Positions 53,624 through 63,820 of a stretch of DNA of 64,000 nucleotides are shown piece by piece. A model generated the notes under the pieces. It was not told the origin of the DNA. It searched no databases and saw only the letters and a program-made list of their open reading frames with translations. The DNA is from a bacterium (GTDB taxonomy: Bacteria; Sysuimicrobiota; Sysuimicrobiia; Sysuimicrobiales; Kaftiobacteriaceae). The translations under genes were made by a program, and so were the position numbers. The DNA lies in NCBI GenBank assembly GCA_036505015.1, contig DASXUC010000026.1, positions 4,229-68,228 on the forward strand, written 5' to 3'. Every line of letters begins with the position of its first letter. The stretch's first letter is position 1.

Positions 53624-54912
53624 GAGCCCTCCCCCACCCGCGCGCGGCCGGCGCGGTAAACGATGCGGCCGCGTTTGATCACGGTGTCCACGGGATTCAC
53701 ACCAAAGTGCATCGGCAGCTCGCGGTAGTCGGCGATGTCGAGGACGATCAGATCGGCCGCCTTCCCCGTCTCGAGGCTCCCGACCTCTTCCGCCACGGCC
53801 AGCGCGTGCGCGGCGTTGATAGTGGCCCCGACGACGGCCTGGGCCGGCGTGAGTTTCATGCCCACGCAGGCCAGGGCCACCACCATCGCCATCGAGTAGG
53901 TCGGCGAGGTGCCGGGATTGAAATCCGTGCCCAGCGCGATGGCCACCCCCGCATCGAGCATCCGCCCCGCCGGAGCATAGCCCAGGCCAAGGAAGAACGC
54001 CGTCCCGGGCAGCAGCACCGCCATCGTCCCCGCCGCGGCCATCGTCCGCAGGCCGTCGTCGGATGCCATCAACAGGTGGTCCGCGGAAATTGCCTCCACC
54101 TCGGCGGCCAGGGCGGCACCGCCGAGATCCGAGAGTTCGTCGGCATGCAGCTTCCCCTCCAGCCCGGCGTCCCGCGCGGCCACGAGAATCGTCCGCGACT
54201 GTTCGGGACTGAACGCTCCCGCCTCACAGAAGACGTCACAGAACTCCGCCAGGTCCTCGTCGATGACCGCCGGGAGCATCTCGTCGATGATCAACTGCAC
54301 GTAGGCGTCTGCATCCCCGGCATACTCCGGCGGGACCGCGTGCGCCCCCAGGAACGTCGGAATCAGGTCGAGGTCATGGGTCGCCGTCAGCCGGTTGATG
54401 ACCCGCAGACACTTCAGCTCATCATCGACGGTCAGCCCGTACCCGCTTTTCGCCTCCGCCGTCGTCGTCCCGTGCGCCAGCATCGCATCCAGGCGCCGGC
54501 GCCCCAGCGCCACCAGCTCCTCCTCCCCGGCCGCACGGGTTGCATGCATCGTCGCCAGAATCCCCCCGCCGCGGCGGGCGATGTCCTGGTACGAGGCGCC
54601 GAGTAGGCGCATCTCGAACTCGCCGGCGCGCGATCCTGCGTAGACGAGATGGGTATGGGCATCGACGAATCCGGGCAGCACCACCAGACCGGCGGCGTCG
54701 ACGACCACGCAGTCGGGGGTGGGCGTCACCGCGTCCATCACGTCGACGGTCGGACCGGAGGCGACGATGACGCCGTCACCGGCCGCCACGGCTCCGTCGA
54801 CAACGAGGCCGACGTCGGCCATTCCGGCGCCGGTACGAGGTGCATCATTCTCCCCCGCCAGGGTCAGCAGCTGGGCGGCGTGCACAATGAGGAGATCGGC
54901 GCTGTATTTCAT
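53620..54912 (-). CDS. hutI: Imidazolonepropionase
   Basis: Amidohydrolase metal ligands (FVDAHTHL...) with HutI-like length and motifs. Confidence 0.9.
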   Translation of the reverse strand: MKYSADLLIVHAAQLLTLAGENDAPRTGAGMADVGLVVDGAVAAGDGVIVASGPTVDVMDAVTPTPDCVVVDAAGLVVLPGFVDAHTHLVYAGSRAGEFEMRLLGASYQDIARRGGGILATMHATRAAGEEELVALGRRRLDAMLAHGTTTAEAKSGYGLTVDDELKCLRVINRLTATHDLDLIPTFLGAHAVPPEYAGDADAYVQLIIDEMLPAVIDEDLAEFCDVFCEAGAFSPEQSRTILVAARDAGLEGKLHADELSDLGGAALAAEVEAISADHLLMASDDGLRTMAAAGTMAVLLPGTAFFLGLGYAPAGRMLDAGVAIALGTDFNPGTSPTYSMAMVVALACVGMKLTPAQAVVGATINAAHALAVAEEVGSLETGKAADLIVLDIADYRELPMHFGVNPVDTVIKRGRIVYRAGRARVGEGS

Positions 54913-54923
54913 GAACTGCGCGC

Positions 54924-55817
54924 TTATTCCATAAGTCGAGTTTCCAAGATCTGCGCTCGCTCGAAGTGTGTGAGTTTCAAGTAGTGGCGCGCGGCGTCGG
55001 TGAGGGCATCGAGTGGGATCAGACCGACGACCTCACTCTCGGCGATCTCCACCCCACGCTGGGCGGCTGCCTCACGCACGGCTTCGAACGCGCGGTGCAC
55101 CGGCGTCGTCGTGTAGTCGACGAGATTCATCGAGACCTGCGCCTGACCGGCTTCGCTCCGCACACCCATCGCCTGCACCGCGACTAGACCGCCGCTGGAC
55201 TCACGCACGGCTTTCGCGATTTCGCGCGCCACCTTCACATCATCGGTGGTGAGGTTGATGTTGTACGCGATGAGCGGCCGTCGTGCCCCGACTGCGATGG
55301 CCCCGGCGGTCGGATGCGGCGTGGGGTCTCCCACATCCGGGGCCCAGGCCGGATCCTTCAGCTTCTCGGCCAGCCCTTCGAACTCGCCCTTCCGGACATC
55401 CGGCAGGCGCCGCCGCGCGGGCCGTGTGGCCGCCTCGGCGTAGAAGAACACCGGAACGCGCAGCGTTTCCCACAACCGCGTCCCCAGCGTCCTGGCCGCC
55501 GCGACGCATTCCTCCATGCTGACGCCGGTAATCGGTACCAGCGGGATCACGTCCACCGCTCCCATCCGCGGGTGCTCCCCTCGATGCGCGGTCATATCGA
55601 TCGACGCGACGGCCACGGCGGCGGCGGCGAGCGCCGCGGACTCGACGGCGGCGAGATCTCCGACCAGCGAGATGACACAGCGGTTGTGGCTTTCGTCGGC
55701 CTGCACGTCGAGCAGCCGCACCCCGCGGACGGCCGCCACCGCGGCGGCGATCTCGTCAATCACTTCGCGGCGCCGGCCCTCGCTGAAATTGGGAACGCAC
55801 TCGACAATCTGGACCAT
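54924..55817 (-). CDS. Glutamate formimidoyltransferase (FtcD N-terminal-domain homolog)
   Basis: VECVPNFSEGRR N-terminal signature. 297 aa. Confidence 0.85.
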   Translation of the reverse strand: MVQIVECVPNFSEGRRREVIDEIAAAVAAVRGVRLLDVQADESHNRCVISLVGDLAAVESAALAAAAVAVASIDMTAHRGEHPRMGAVDVIPLVPITGVSMEECVAAARTLGTRLWETLRVPVFFYAEAATRPARRRLPDVRKGEFEGLAEKLKDPAWAPDVGDPTPHPTAGAIAVGARRPLIAYNINLTTDDVKVAREIAKAVRESSGGLVAVQAMGVRSEAGQAQVSMNLVDYTTTPVHRAFEAVREAAAQRGVEIAESEVVGLIPLDALTDAARHYLKLTHFERAQILETRLME

Positions 55818-55868
55818 GCGACAATCTGCCTTCTTCGCTGCTCCGGGATGCGCTCACCTCCGACTCAT

Positions 55869-55936
55869 GGTAGCCGGGCAGCCTGGCAGCCTGGTAGCGG
55901 AGACCGAATCGTTGGCTCCCCGGGTACCCGGCTACC
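55869..55936. repeat. 10-bp long-range inverted repeat enclosing an 8-nt tandem (GCAGCCTG x2) and a 12-nt palindrome, in the ftcD/tldD divergent gap
   Basis: GGTAGCCGGG ... CCCGGCTACC. The interior holds CAGCCTGG CAGCCTGG TAGC and CCGGGTACCCGG. Confidence 0.75.
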
Positions 55937-55968
55937 GCACTGGGATTCTGACTGTGTAGAATAGTCCC

Positions 55969-57399
55969 ATGCCGATGCTCAATGAGTCTCTGGTGGGCGA
56001 CGTGCTGGCGTTCGCGCGGCAGCGCGGCGCGGATTTCGCGGAGCTGTATGTGGAACGCTGGAAGCGCCGCGCACTGCGGGTCCTCAACGATGAAGTGAAA
56101 GAGGCCACCAGCGGTCTGGAGTACGGCGCCGGTCTGCGTCTGTTCTTCGGCGAGGAGGTCGCGTACGCGTACACCAACGATCTGACGCGCGAGGGACTGC
56201 TCGAGATCGCGGACAGCCTGACCCGATTGAAGGGCCGCTCCGGCCGGGTGGACAGCCGCGGCCGGGGAGGTCTCGATTTCCGAAAGGCGGCGGCACGCGG
56301 GCTGCATGCACCCGAGATTCCGTTCGATGAGCACGACAAAGCCTACCGGTTGGAACGGCTGCGGGAGGGCCAGGCCGGGGCGCGGGTCGCTCCGGAGGTC
56401 CGGCAGGTCGAGTCCTTCCTCATGGAGTGGGACCAGGAAGTGTTGGTCGCCAACTCCGAGGGCACCTGGACCGAAGACCGCCGCGTGCGGTCCCGACACG
56501 TGGTGCAGGCCGTCGCGCAGGATGGCACGGAAGTGCAGACAGGGTTTTACGGCCCCGGGCTGAGTGTGGGTCTGGAATTGTTCGACCGCTACCCCCCCCG
56601 CGAGGTCGGGCGCACCTCCGGGGAACAGGCGATGACCAACCTGCGGGCGAAACCGGCTCCGGCGGGCACGTTTCCGGTGATCATCGGCAATGCGTTCGGC
56701 GGCGTGCTGTTCCACGAAGCGGTCGGCCATCTGCTGGAGACGACGTCCGTGGCGAAAAAGGCCTCGGTGCTGTCCGACAAGATCGGCGAGCAGATCGCCA
56801 GCTCCGCCGTCACGTACATCGACGACGGGACCACGCCGCACGGGTGGGGCAGCAGCGAGTACGACGACGAAGGCCTGCCGGTGGAGCGAACCGTCCTCAT
56901 CGACGGCGGCGTGCTGAAAAGTTATATGGTCGACCGCTGGGGGGCCCTGCGGACCGGCTACCGCCCGACGGGCTCGGGCCGCCGGCAGAACTACACCCTG
57001 GCGCCCACGTCGCGGATGCGGAATACGTTCATCGCGCCGTCGGCGACGCCGCCGCAGAAGCTGTTTGAGATGGTGGAGATGGGCCTCTACACAAAGAGTA
57101 TGCGGGGCGGTCAGGTGAAGCCCGGCTCCGGGGAATACAACTTCGGCACGCAGGAAGCCTACATGATCCGCCACGGCCGGATCGAGGAGCCGGTGCGCGG
57201 CGCCATGCTGCTGGGGAAAGGACCGGACACCATCGCCAGAGTCGTGGCGGTGGCCAACGACCTGGCGACCGGGCCGGGAATGTGCGGCAGTCTGTCAGGT
57301 TCGATCCCGGTCGAAGTCGGACAACCGCACGTCCTCGTGTCGGAAATCGTCGTCGGAGGCGAAGCCCCGAACCCCGCGGATGGGAACGTGCTGCGATGA
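55969..57399 (+). CDS. tldD: Metalloprotease TldD
   Basis: TldD/PmbA fold with the HEAVGH metal motif. 476 aa. Confidence 0.9.
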   Translation: MPMLNESLVGDVLAFARQRGADFAELYVERWKRRALRVLNDEVKEATSGLEYGAGLRLFFGEEVAYAYTNDLTREGLLEIADSLTRLKGRSGRVDSRGRGGLDFRKAAARGLHAPEIPFDEHDKAYRLERLREGQAGARVAPEVRQVESFLMEWDQEVLVANSEGTWTEDRRVRSRHVVQAVAQDGTEVQTGFYGPGLSVGLELFDRYPPREVGRTSGEQAMTNLRAKPAPAGTFPVIIGNAFGGVLFHEAVGHLLETTSVAKKASVLSDKIGEQIASSAVTYIDDGTTPHGWGSSEYDDEGLPVERTVLIDGGVLKSYMVDRWGALRTGYRPTGSGRRQNYTLAPTSRMRNTFIAPSATPPQKLFEMVEMGLYTKSMRGGQVKPGSGEYNFGTQEAYMIRHGRIEEPVRGAMLLGKGPDTIARVVAVANDLATGPGMCGSLSGSIPVEVGQPHVLVSEIVVGGEAPNPADGNVLR

Positions 57400-58754
57400 G
57401 CGAGATGAGTGGCGATCCGCGTGGTTCGGGGCGAAGCGTGACCCTGGACGAGGCCAGGCGCTACGTCCTCGACGCCGCGCGCGCCCGGGGGATCGGGGCG
57501 GAGATCATCGGCGAACGAGGGCGGGAACTGACGGCCAAGGCGCACCAGCACCAGATCGAGCAGATCACCGAGGCGGTCGTGGGCGGGGTCGGCGTGCGGG
57601 TGGTCATCGACGGACGCGTGGGCTACGGCTACAGCGAAGATCTGTCCCCGGAGGCGCTGGACTGGATGCTGGCGGAAGCCGCGGAGAATGCGGCCCTGCA
57701 GACCGACACCAGCGGGTTCCTTCCCGAGGGCGTGGATCTCGGCACCCACGATCTTGTCGGCGACGGATTGGCCGCACCGCTGGAATCCAAAGTCCAGACC
57801 GCGTTGGGGTTCGAAGGCACTCTGCGCGAGGACAAGCGCGTGAAGCAGGTCATGTTCGCCTCGTACTCGGAACGCGAGGTGGATCTCTCATTGGCTTCCA
57901 CGCAGGGCGCCGACGGTCGCTATCGCCGCGGCGTCGCCGGGTTGATCGCCTCGGTCATCATGCAGGATGGACAGAGTCTCAAGCAGTCCTGGGATGCCGA
58001 CTGGGTGCGCAACCTGGAATCGCTCGATCCCGCCCATACCGCGCTGGACTTCACGCAGCGCACCGGCCGCCTGCTTGGCGCGCGCCCCCTGCCGACAGGA
58101 CGCTACACGGCCTACTTCGAACCGAAGGCCTTCGCCCACTTGCTGTCCGCATTCTGGTCGCTGTGGAGCGGCAAGGCGGCGATCGAGGGCAAGAGCCGGC
58201 TGGCGAACCGGTTGGGACAGCGGGTCGCCTCGGCGGCATTCACGCTGATCGATGATCCCACCCTGGCCGACGGCCTCGCGACGCGCCCATTCGATTCGGA
58301 AGGCACGCCGGCTCGTCCGGTGACGCTCGTGGAAGATGGCGTCCTGAGGACCTTCTTCACCTCTTCGGAGACCGCCCGGGCGCTGGCGCTGCCCAACACC
58401 GGGCATGCCGCGCGCAGCTACCGCAGTGTGCTGACGACCCTGCCGTCCAATCTCTACGTCAAGCCGGGGGGCGGGCTGCGGATGGAGACCGGCGTCATCG
58501 TCGCCGAACTGTCGGGGGTGCATGCCGGCACGAACGCGATCAGCGGAGATTTCTCGGTGCAGGCATTGGGACTGTGGGTCGAAAACGGTCAGGTCGCCTA
58601 CGCGGTGGAGAACTTTGCGGTGGCGGGCGACTTCCTCAGTCTCTTGATGAACATCACGGGCATCGACGCGGTACTGAAGTGGGAGCTGATGGGACGTATG
58701 GCGATCGGGACGCCGACGATCGAGGTGGCCGACCTCTCGTTTGCCGGGATCTGA
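57396..58754 (+). CDS. pmbA: TldD/PmbA-family protein (PmbA/TldE partner)
   Basis: PmbA-like motifs with no HExxxH. ATGA overlap with the tldD stop. Confidence 0.85.
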   Translation: MSEMSGDPRGSGRSVTLDEARRYVLDAARARGIGAEIIGERGRELTAKAHQHQIEQITEAVVGGVGVRVVIDGRVGYGYSEDLSPEALDWMLAEAAENAALQTDTSGFLPEGVDLGTHDLVGDGLAAPLESKVQTALGFEGTLREDKRVKQVMFASYSEREVDLSLASTQGADGRYRRGVAGLIASVIMQDGQSLKQSWDADWVRNLESLDPAHTALDFTQRTGRLLGARPLPTGRYTAYFEPKAFAHLLSAFWSLWSGKAAIEGKSRLANRLGQRVASAAFTLIDDPTLADGLATRPFDSEGTPARPVTLVEDGVLRTFFTSSETARALALPNTGHAARSYRSVLTTLPSNLYVKPGGGLRMETGVIVAELSGVHAGTNAISGDFSVQALGLWVENGQVAYAVENFAVAGDFLSLLMNITGIDAVLKWELMGRMAIGTPTIEVADLSFAGI

Positions 58755-59350
58755 GATCTGCGTTAGAAGAAGGCGGCTGGATGCTCGGGGGCGGCCGCCT
58801 CGCTACGAGTCGGGCGGCCCGGATTGACTGCAGGCCTCCCGTTCCCTCACGCCCTCGCCTGCCAAGCACGACACGATGACTACTACCTCTTACCTACCAT
58901 CTGCTGCCTGGCTGCGTTGGTCCGCGCTCTTCACGGCCTGGGAATTGGTTGCCGCCCGCCCACCTTCACTCGGCGGCCGCCCCCTTCGCCGCCGCCATCA
59001 TCTCCGTAACATTCCTGTCAGGGTCGGAAGTGCCTCTAGATGGGGCTGGTGGGGGGCCCGCGGAGCGACGTGGCGGCGAGCTGTCGCCGCCGTGCGCGAG
59101 GGCCGCGTCGCGCAGGGCGGGGCCCCGCATGCAGCGTGCGCTCCAGACCAAGCAGCCCTCGCACGCGGTAGTGCGGGGGGGCCCGGAGCAGCGTGCCCGG
59201 CCGTCGTGCAGGCCGGGCGAGCCCAGCCGATCGTGGCTAGGCGAACCCGAGCGCTACGCCCGGCGGGCGAGCCGCCTAGAGAGCGCAGCGGCCCTCCACC
59301 AGCCCGAACAGTGGGAGGCTAGATTCGCTGGACTCTTCCGCGCGCCTACC

Positions 59351-59704
59351 TCACTCCTCTACGCGCGAAAAGTGGATCACGGTGACCGTGTGTTCCATCG
59401 TGATGTTCCGCCCGCGGCCGTAGATCATCTCCAGGAACTCCACCAGTTCGTCGTGGCGGTGCAGCTGCGGGTTGTCCCGTTCGATCTCGCGCGGGCTCAC
59501 CTCACGGATCGCCTTCACCTCGACGTGATCGATGACCGCGGTCGCGATCTTCTTGCGCGTGCCGAATCGCCGGCCGACCGTGAGCCAGACGATCTGCCCC
59601 GCCTGGTACTTGTCCCGCTTGTCCCCGAGCCGGATCGTGGCCGTCTTCCGGCCATCACGCAGTTGCTCCGCAAACACCGAGGAGTAGAAATTGAGTGCGT
59701 ACAC
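59351..59704 (-). CDS. ASCH-domain protein
   Basis: 117 aa with a DGRKTATIRLG motif typical of ASCH/PUA-like domains. Confidence 0.7.
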   Translation of the reverse strand: MYALNFYSSVFAEQLRDGRKTATIRLGDKRDKYQAGQIVWLTVGRRFGTRKKIATAVIDHVEVKAIREVSPREIERDNPQLHRHDELVEFLEMIYGRGRNITMEHTVTVIHFSRVEE

Positions 59705-59715
59705 GACCGTCCTCC

Positions 59716-61386
59716 TTAGGGCCTGGGGCCCTGATCAAGCATCGGAATCTTGATGTGATGCCGCCGTGCGGCGTCGATCGCCAGCGCATAGCCGGCGTCC
59801 GCGTGGCGGATGATGCCGGTGCCCGGATCGGTGGTCAGCACGCGCTCCAGTTTCTGCGCCGCGAGCTCGGTACCGTCGGCAACGCACACCTGCCCGGCAT
59901 GGATCGAGTTGCCGATTCCGACGCCGCCGCCGTGATGGACCGATACCCAGGTCGCCCCCGCGCTGGCATTGACCAGCGCGTTGAGCACCGGCCAGTCGGC
60001 CACGGCGTCTGAACCGTCCCGCATGCCTTCGGTTTCCCGGTTCGGTGAGGCAACGGATCCCGCATCGAGATGGTCGCGGCCGATCACGATCGGGGCCTGC
60101 ACTTCGCCGCGGCGCACCAGGTCATTGAAGACCAGCCCGGCCTGCGCGCGCTCTCCGTAGCCCAGCCAGCAGATGCGTGCGGGCAGCCCCTGAAACGGCA
60201 CCCGGTCTTCCGCCAGACGGATCCAGCGGGCTAGCGGTGTGTTCCCGGGAAAGAGGTCGAGCACGGCGCGATCGGTGCGCAGGATGTCGGCGGGCTGCCC
60301 GGACAGCGCCACCCAACGAAACGGCCCCTTGCCCTCGCAGAACAGGGGCCGCACGTACGCCTGCACGAACCCGGGGTAGGCGAATGCGTCCGCAAACCCC
60401 GCCGCTTTGGCCTGACCGCGGAGGTTGTTTCCGTAGTCGAACACCACGCTGCCGCCGCGTTGCATCTGCACCATCGCCGCGCAGTGCACCGCCATCGACT
60501 CCATCGAACGGCGCACGTAGTCCTCCGGCTGCTGCCGCCGCCGCTGCACCGCGTCCTCCGCGCTGAAACCGGCAGGGATGTAGCCGCCGAGGGGATCGTG
60601 AGCCGACGTCTGATCCGTGACGACGTCAAAGCGCACGCCCCGCTCAGCCAGCAGCGGGTAGACTTCCGCGGCGTTGCCCAGCAGCGCCACCGATGATGGG
60701 CGGCCGGCCTGAGCGGCGTCGTCCACCAACCGCAGTGCTTCGTCGAGATTGTCGGTCGCGTGCTCCACCCAACCAGTGGCGCGGCGCCGGTGAATCCGTG
60801 CCGGATCGGCTTCGACGATCAAGGCGACCCCCTCGTTCATCGTGACCGCCATCGGCTGAGCGCCGCCCATCCCGCCCAACCCGGCCGACAGGATCGTGCG
60901 TCCGGCCAGCGATCCGCCGAAGTGCGTCCGCGCGGCGGCCGCGAATGTCTCGTAGGTGCCTTGCAGAATTCCCTGGGTGCCGATGTAGATCCACGAGCCC
61001 GCGGTCATTTGACCGTACATCATCAGACCCATCGCCTCCAGCTCCCAGAACTTCTCCCAGGTCGCCCAGGCCGGTACCAGCATCGAATTGCTGATCAGCA
61101 CCCGCGGCGCCCATTCATGGGTGCGGAATACCCCCACAGGTTTGCCGGACTGGACGAGGAGTGATTGGTCTCCATCCAGCTCCCGCAGCGCCCGCACGAT
61201 CCCGTCGAAGGACTCCCAGTTCCGCGCCGCCTTTCCGGTGCCGCCGTAGACGATGAGATCCTCCGGCCGTTCCGCCACCTCGGGATCCAGGTTGTTCATG
61301 AGCATGCGCAGCGCCGCTTCCTGCGGCCACCCCCGGCAGGACCGCTGGGCCCCGCGGGGGGCGGAGACGCGGCGCGGCGCGGGCAT
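59716..61386 (-). CDS. hutU: Urocanate hydratase
   Basis: 556 aa from the ATG at 61386 (ATGA overlap with the hutH stop). Highly characteristic motifs ([37 protein letters not shown]). The 783-aa track ORF is an upstream read-through artefact. Confidence 0.95.
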   Translation of the reverse strand: MPAPRRVSAPRGAQRSCRGWPQEAALRMLMNNLDPEVAERPEDLIVYGGTGKAARNWESFDGIVRALRELDGDQSLLVQSGKPVGVFRTHEWAPRVLISNSMLVPAWATWEKFWELEAMGLMMYGQMTAGSWIYIGTQGILQGTYETFAAAARTHFGGSLAGRTILSAGLGGMGGAQPMAVTMNEGVALIVEADPARIHRRRATGWVEHATDNLDEALRLVDDAAQAGRPSSVALLGNAAEVYPLLAERGVRFDVVTDQTSAHDPLGGYIPAGFSAEDAVQRRRQQPEDYVRRSMESMAVHCAAMVQMQRGGSVVFDYGNNLRGQAKAAGFADAFAYPGFVQAYVRPLFCEGKGPFRWVALSGQPADILRTDRAVLDLFPGNTPLARWIRLAEDRVPFQGLPARICWLGYGERAQAGLVFNDLVRRGEVQAPIVIGRDHLDAGSVASPNRETEGMRDGSDAVADWPVLNALVNASAGATWVSVHHGGGVGIGNSIHAGQVCVADGTELAAQKLERVLTTDPGTGIIRHADAGYALAIDAARRHHIKIPMLDQGPRP

Positions 61387-62909
61387 CACCCGAGCCCTCC
61401 CACGACCGCTGCCGCGGCGCCGAGGACGGCGCCGGATCGCACGAGCCCGAGTGCCGCCGCGAAGTCCCCTGCCAGCACGCGGTCCTCGTCCAGCGGCGGG
61501 ATGACCGTGCGCACCGCCGCCGCGGCCGCGCGCGTGCCCAATCCCGGCCGCAGCGGGGCATGAAAGTCCAGCGCCTGGGCGGCGCAGATCAGCTCGATCC
61601 CCGTCACCTGCTGCGCGTGCTCGAGCACCTGTGCGGCCTTGCGTGCGGCGATCGTGCCCATGCTGACATGATCTTCCTGGTTCGCCGACGTCGGGATACT
61701 GTCGACGCTGGCGGGATGGGCGAGCACCTTGTTCTCCGAGACCAGAGCCGCCACCGTGTACTGCGCCAGCATGAGCCCGGAATGTAACCCGTGCCGCTTC
61801 GTCAGAAACGGCGGGAGGCCGGAGAGATGGGGATTGACGAGGCGCTCGACCCGCCGCTCCGCGATGCCGGCCAGCTCGCTGAGCGCGATGGCGAGCACGT
61901 CGAGGGCCAGGGCCACCGGCTGGCCGTGGAAGTTGCCGCCGGAGATCATGCGGTCGTGATCCGGAAACACCAGCGGGTTGTCGGTCGCCGAGTTGATCTC
62001 GATCTCCAGAACCCCGGCGACATACGCGAGCGCATCCCGCGCCGCCCCATGGACCTGGGGAATGCACCGCAGCGCGTACGCGTCCTGCAGCTTCCGGCGT
62101 TCGGACGGGCGGGCGAGGATCTCGCTGCCGTGAATCACCCGCCGCAGATTGTCCGCGCTCACGCGCTGGCCCGGATGCGGGCGCGCCGCCTGCAGCAAGG
62201 CATCGAACGCATCGGGATTCCCCACCAACGCCTCAAACGACATCGCCCCGGCCACGTCGGCGGTGCCGGCGAGGCGGCGGGCATCATCCAATGCCAGCGC
62301 GCCGATCGCCGTCATGAGCTGCGTCCCATTGATCAGCGCCAGGCCGTCCTTGCCGGTCAGCGTCGCGGGGCGAAGCTCAGCCGCGGCCAGCGCGTCGGCA
62401 CTGGACTGCCGGCGTCCGCCGGTGAGCACTTCTCCTTCGCCGATCATCGCCAGCGCCAGGTGCGCCAGCGGCGCGAGATCGCCGCTGGCCCCGACGGAGC
62501 CCTGCGCAGGGATGACCGGTACGAGGCCCCGGTTGAGCATGTCGATCAGCAGATCCAGGGTCTGGGGTTGCACGCCGGAGAAGCCGAGGGCAAGCGCGTG
62601 GGCGCGGAGCACCATCATCGCCCGCACGACGTCTTCCGCCAGCGGCGCGCCCACCCCGGCGCTGTGGCTGCGCACGATGTTGACCTGCAGCTGGGCGGAC
62701 TGCTCGGCGGAGATCCGTTCTCCGGCGAGTTCGCCTACCCCGGTCGTGATCGCGTACACCGGGGTCCCCGCGGCGACCAGGCGATCCACCATCGCCCGCG
62801 CGCGCCCGACCCGGTCCCTGGCATGAGGAGAGAGGGCAACGACCGCCCTCTCTCTGGCCACGCTCACCACGTCCTGGATTGAGAGGTGCCCTCCTAGTTG
62901 GATGCTCAA
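61386..62909 (-). CDS. hutH: Histidine ammonia-lyase
   Basis: MIO-forming GSVGASGDL motif. Probable TTG start at 62909 (LSIQLGG...). The upstream 27 track codons are repeat-encoded. Confidence 0.9.
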   Translation of the reverse strand: MSIQLGGHLSIQDVVSVARERAVVALSPHARDRVGRARAMVDRLVAAGTPVYAITTGVGELAGERISAEQSAQLQVNIVRSHSAGVGAPLAEDVVRAMMVLRAHALALGFSGVQPQTLDLLIDMLNRGLVPVIPAQGSVGASGDLAPLAHLALAMIGEGEVLTGGRRQSSADALAAAELRPATLTGKDGLALINGTQLMTAIGALALDDARRLAGTADVAGAMSFEALVGNPDAFDALLQAARPHPGQRVSADNLRRVIHGSEILARPSERRKLQDAYALRCIPQVHGAARDALAYVAGVLEIEINSATDNPLVFPDHDRMISGGNFHGQPVALALDVLAIALSELAGIAERRVERLVNPHLSGLPPFLTKRHGLHSGLMLAQYTVAALVSENKVLAHPASVDSIPTSANQEDHVSMGTIAARKAAQVLEHAQQVTGIELICAAQALDFHAPLRPGLGTRAAAAAVRTVIPPLDEDRVLAGDFAAALGLVRSGAVLGAAAAVVGGLG

Positions 62910-62912
62910 TTC

Positions 62913-62998
62913 GGTCTCAGGTCTCAGGTCCCAGGTGTCAGGTTCTGGGGATCGGGTGTCAGGTAATTCCTGAGACCTGAAACCTGACACCTGATACC
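62913..62998. repeat. Inverted heptad arrays (GGTCTCA units x8 / TGAGACC-type x4) upstream of hutH
   Basis: GGTCTCA GGTCTCA GGTCCCA GGTGTCA GGTTCTG GGGATCG GGTGTCA GGTAATT CC TGAGACC TGAAACC TGACACC TGATACC. Same unit family as at 48863. Confidence 0.9.
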
Positions 62999-63005
62999 CT
63001 TCGTA

Positions 63006-63731
63006 TTACTTCAGCGCCCCGAAGTAGATGGTGGTCACGTTCTTGTCGCCGCGCTTGCCGGTCACGGTGGCGATGACGGCGTCCTTGTAGTAGATGTTCG
63101 AGGTCACCGACTTCGCAAGCTGCAGCTGGTTGCTGACCGCCTGAAACGCCAGCAGTCCCTCGGTCTCCAGGTTCTTTCGGGCGACCTTCTTGACGTTCGG
63201 ATCGACCGCGGCGAAATCCGGCTCCACCGAGACGACCGGTCTGTCCGTCTCCAGCGCGTCCCCGGGTTTGACGAGCACCTCGACCACCCGCCCGGCAAAC
63301 TGCGCCTTCCCGGCAGGGACCGGTTGCCCGGCGCTGCCCTTGACGAATGCCACCGTGTCGCCTGGCTTGACCGAGGCCCCAACGGCCGCCAGACCGTTGG
63401 CGAGAACCTCCCCCGCGGCGGTGGCGCGGATCCGCGGAGGATAGGTGGCCGACTCAAAGTCCACCTCCACCGCGCCGGTCGCCTCGTTCACGCGTACGTT
63501 CCGCACGGTATCGGGCCCGATGATGTTCTCCACGAGGTTCTTGACGAGGACCTGAGGGTCGGGAGGTTTGTTCGCCGCCTCCTGCCGCCGGCGGTAGGAA
63601 AGATCCCAGGTGAACAACCCGGCCGCGACGAGGATGACGATGGCCACGTAGATCAGAATGGGACCCAGCTGTAGACCCGTCTTCCTAGACACACGACTAG
63701 ATCGTGCCACTGCCCACCTCCAAGGGTCCAA
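63006..63731 (-). CDS. Hypothetical membrane-anchored protein with a lipoyl/hybrid-barrel-like segment
   Basis: One TM helix followed by ...VKPGDTVAFV...GRVVEVLVKPGDAL.... No family recognised. Confidence 0.5.
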   Translation of the reverse strand: MDPWRWAVARSSRVSRKTGLQLGPILIYVAIVILVAAGLFTWDLSYRRRQEAANKPPDPQVLVKNLVENIIGPDTVRNVRVNEATGAVEVDFESATYPPRIRATAAGEVLANGLAAVGASVKPGDTVAFVKGSAGQPVPAGKAQFAGRVVEVLVKPGDALETDRPVVSVEPDFAAVDPNVKKVARKNLETEGLLAFQAVSNQLQLAKSVTSNIYYKDAVIATVTGKRGDKNVTTIYFGALK

Positions 63732-63820
63732 TCGGGAGCACTCTCTTATTCGTCGCTCCCCGCAGAGTCCCTAGCCACGCGCGCTGGTTCCACCGCCGGT
63801 GACGCAGTACAATTTTGTTG

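Noticed and set aside
58755-59350. Tested the long non-coding gap as tmRNA, RNase P RNA or SRP RNA.
   Set aside because: GGGGCTG at 59042 and CCTCCACCA at about 59293 superficially resemble tmRNA ends. However, the acceptor strands do not pair beyond 4 bp, there is no T-arm (GGTTCGA-type), and the span is only about 260 nt. No GGAAAGTCCGG or ACAGAAnCCGGCTTA RNase P boxes occur on either strand. GTCAGGGTCGGAAG lacks the GGAAGCAGC continuation of SRP helix 8.
59716-62067. 783-aa ORF suggesting an N-terminally extended urocanase.
   Set aside because: The first ~227 residues are Arg/Gly/Ala-rich and lie out of frame over the 3' part of hutH. A clean ATG at 61386 (ATGA overlap with the hutH stop) gives a canonical 556-aa HutU.
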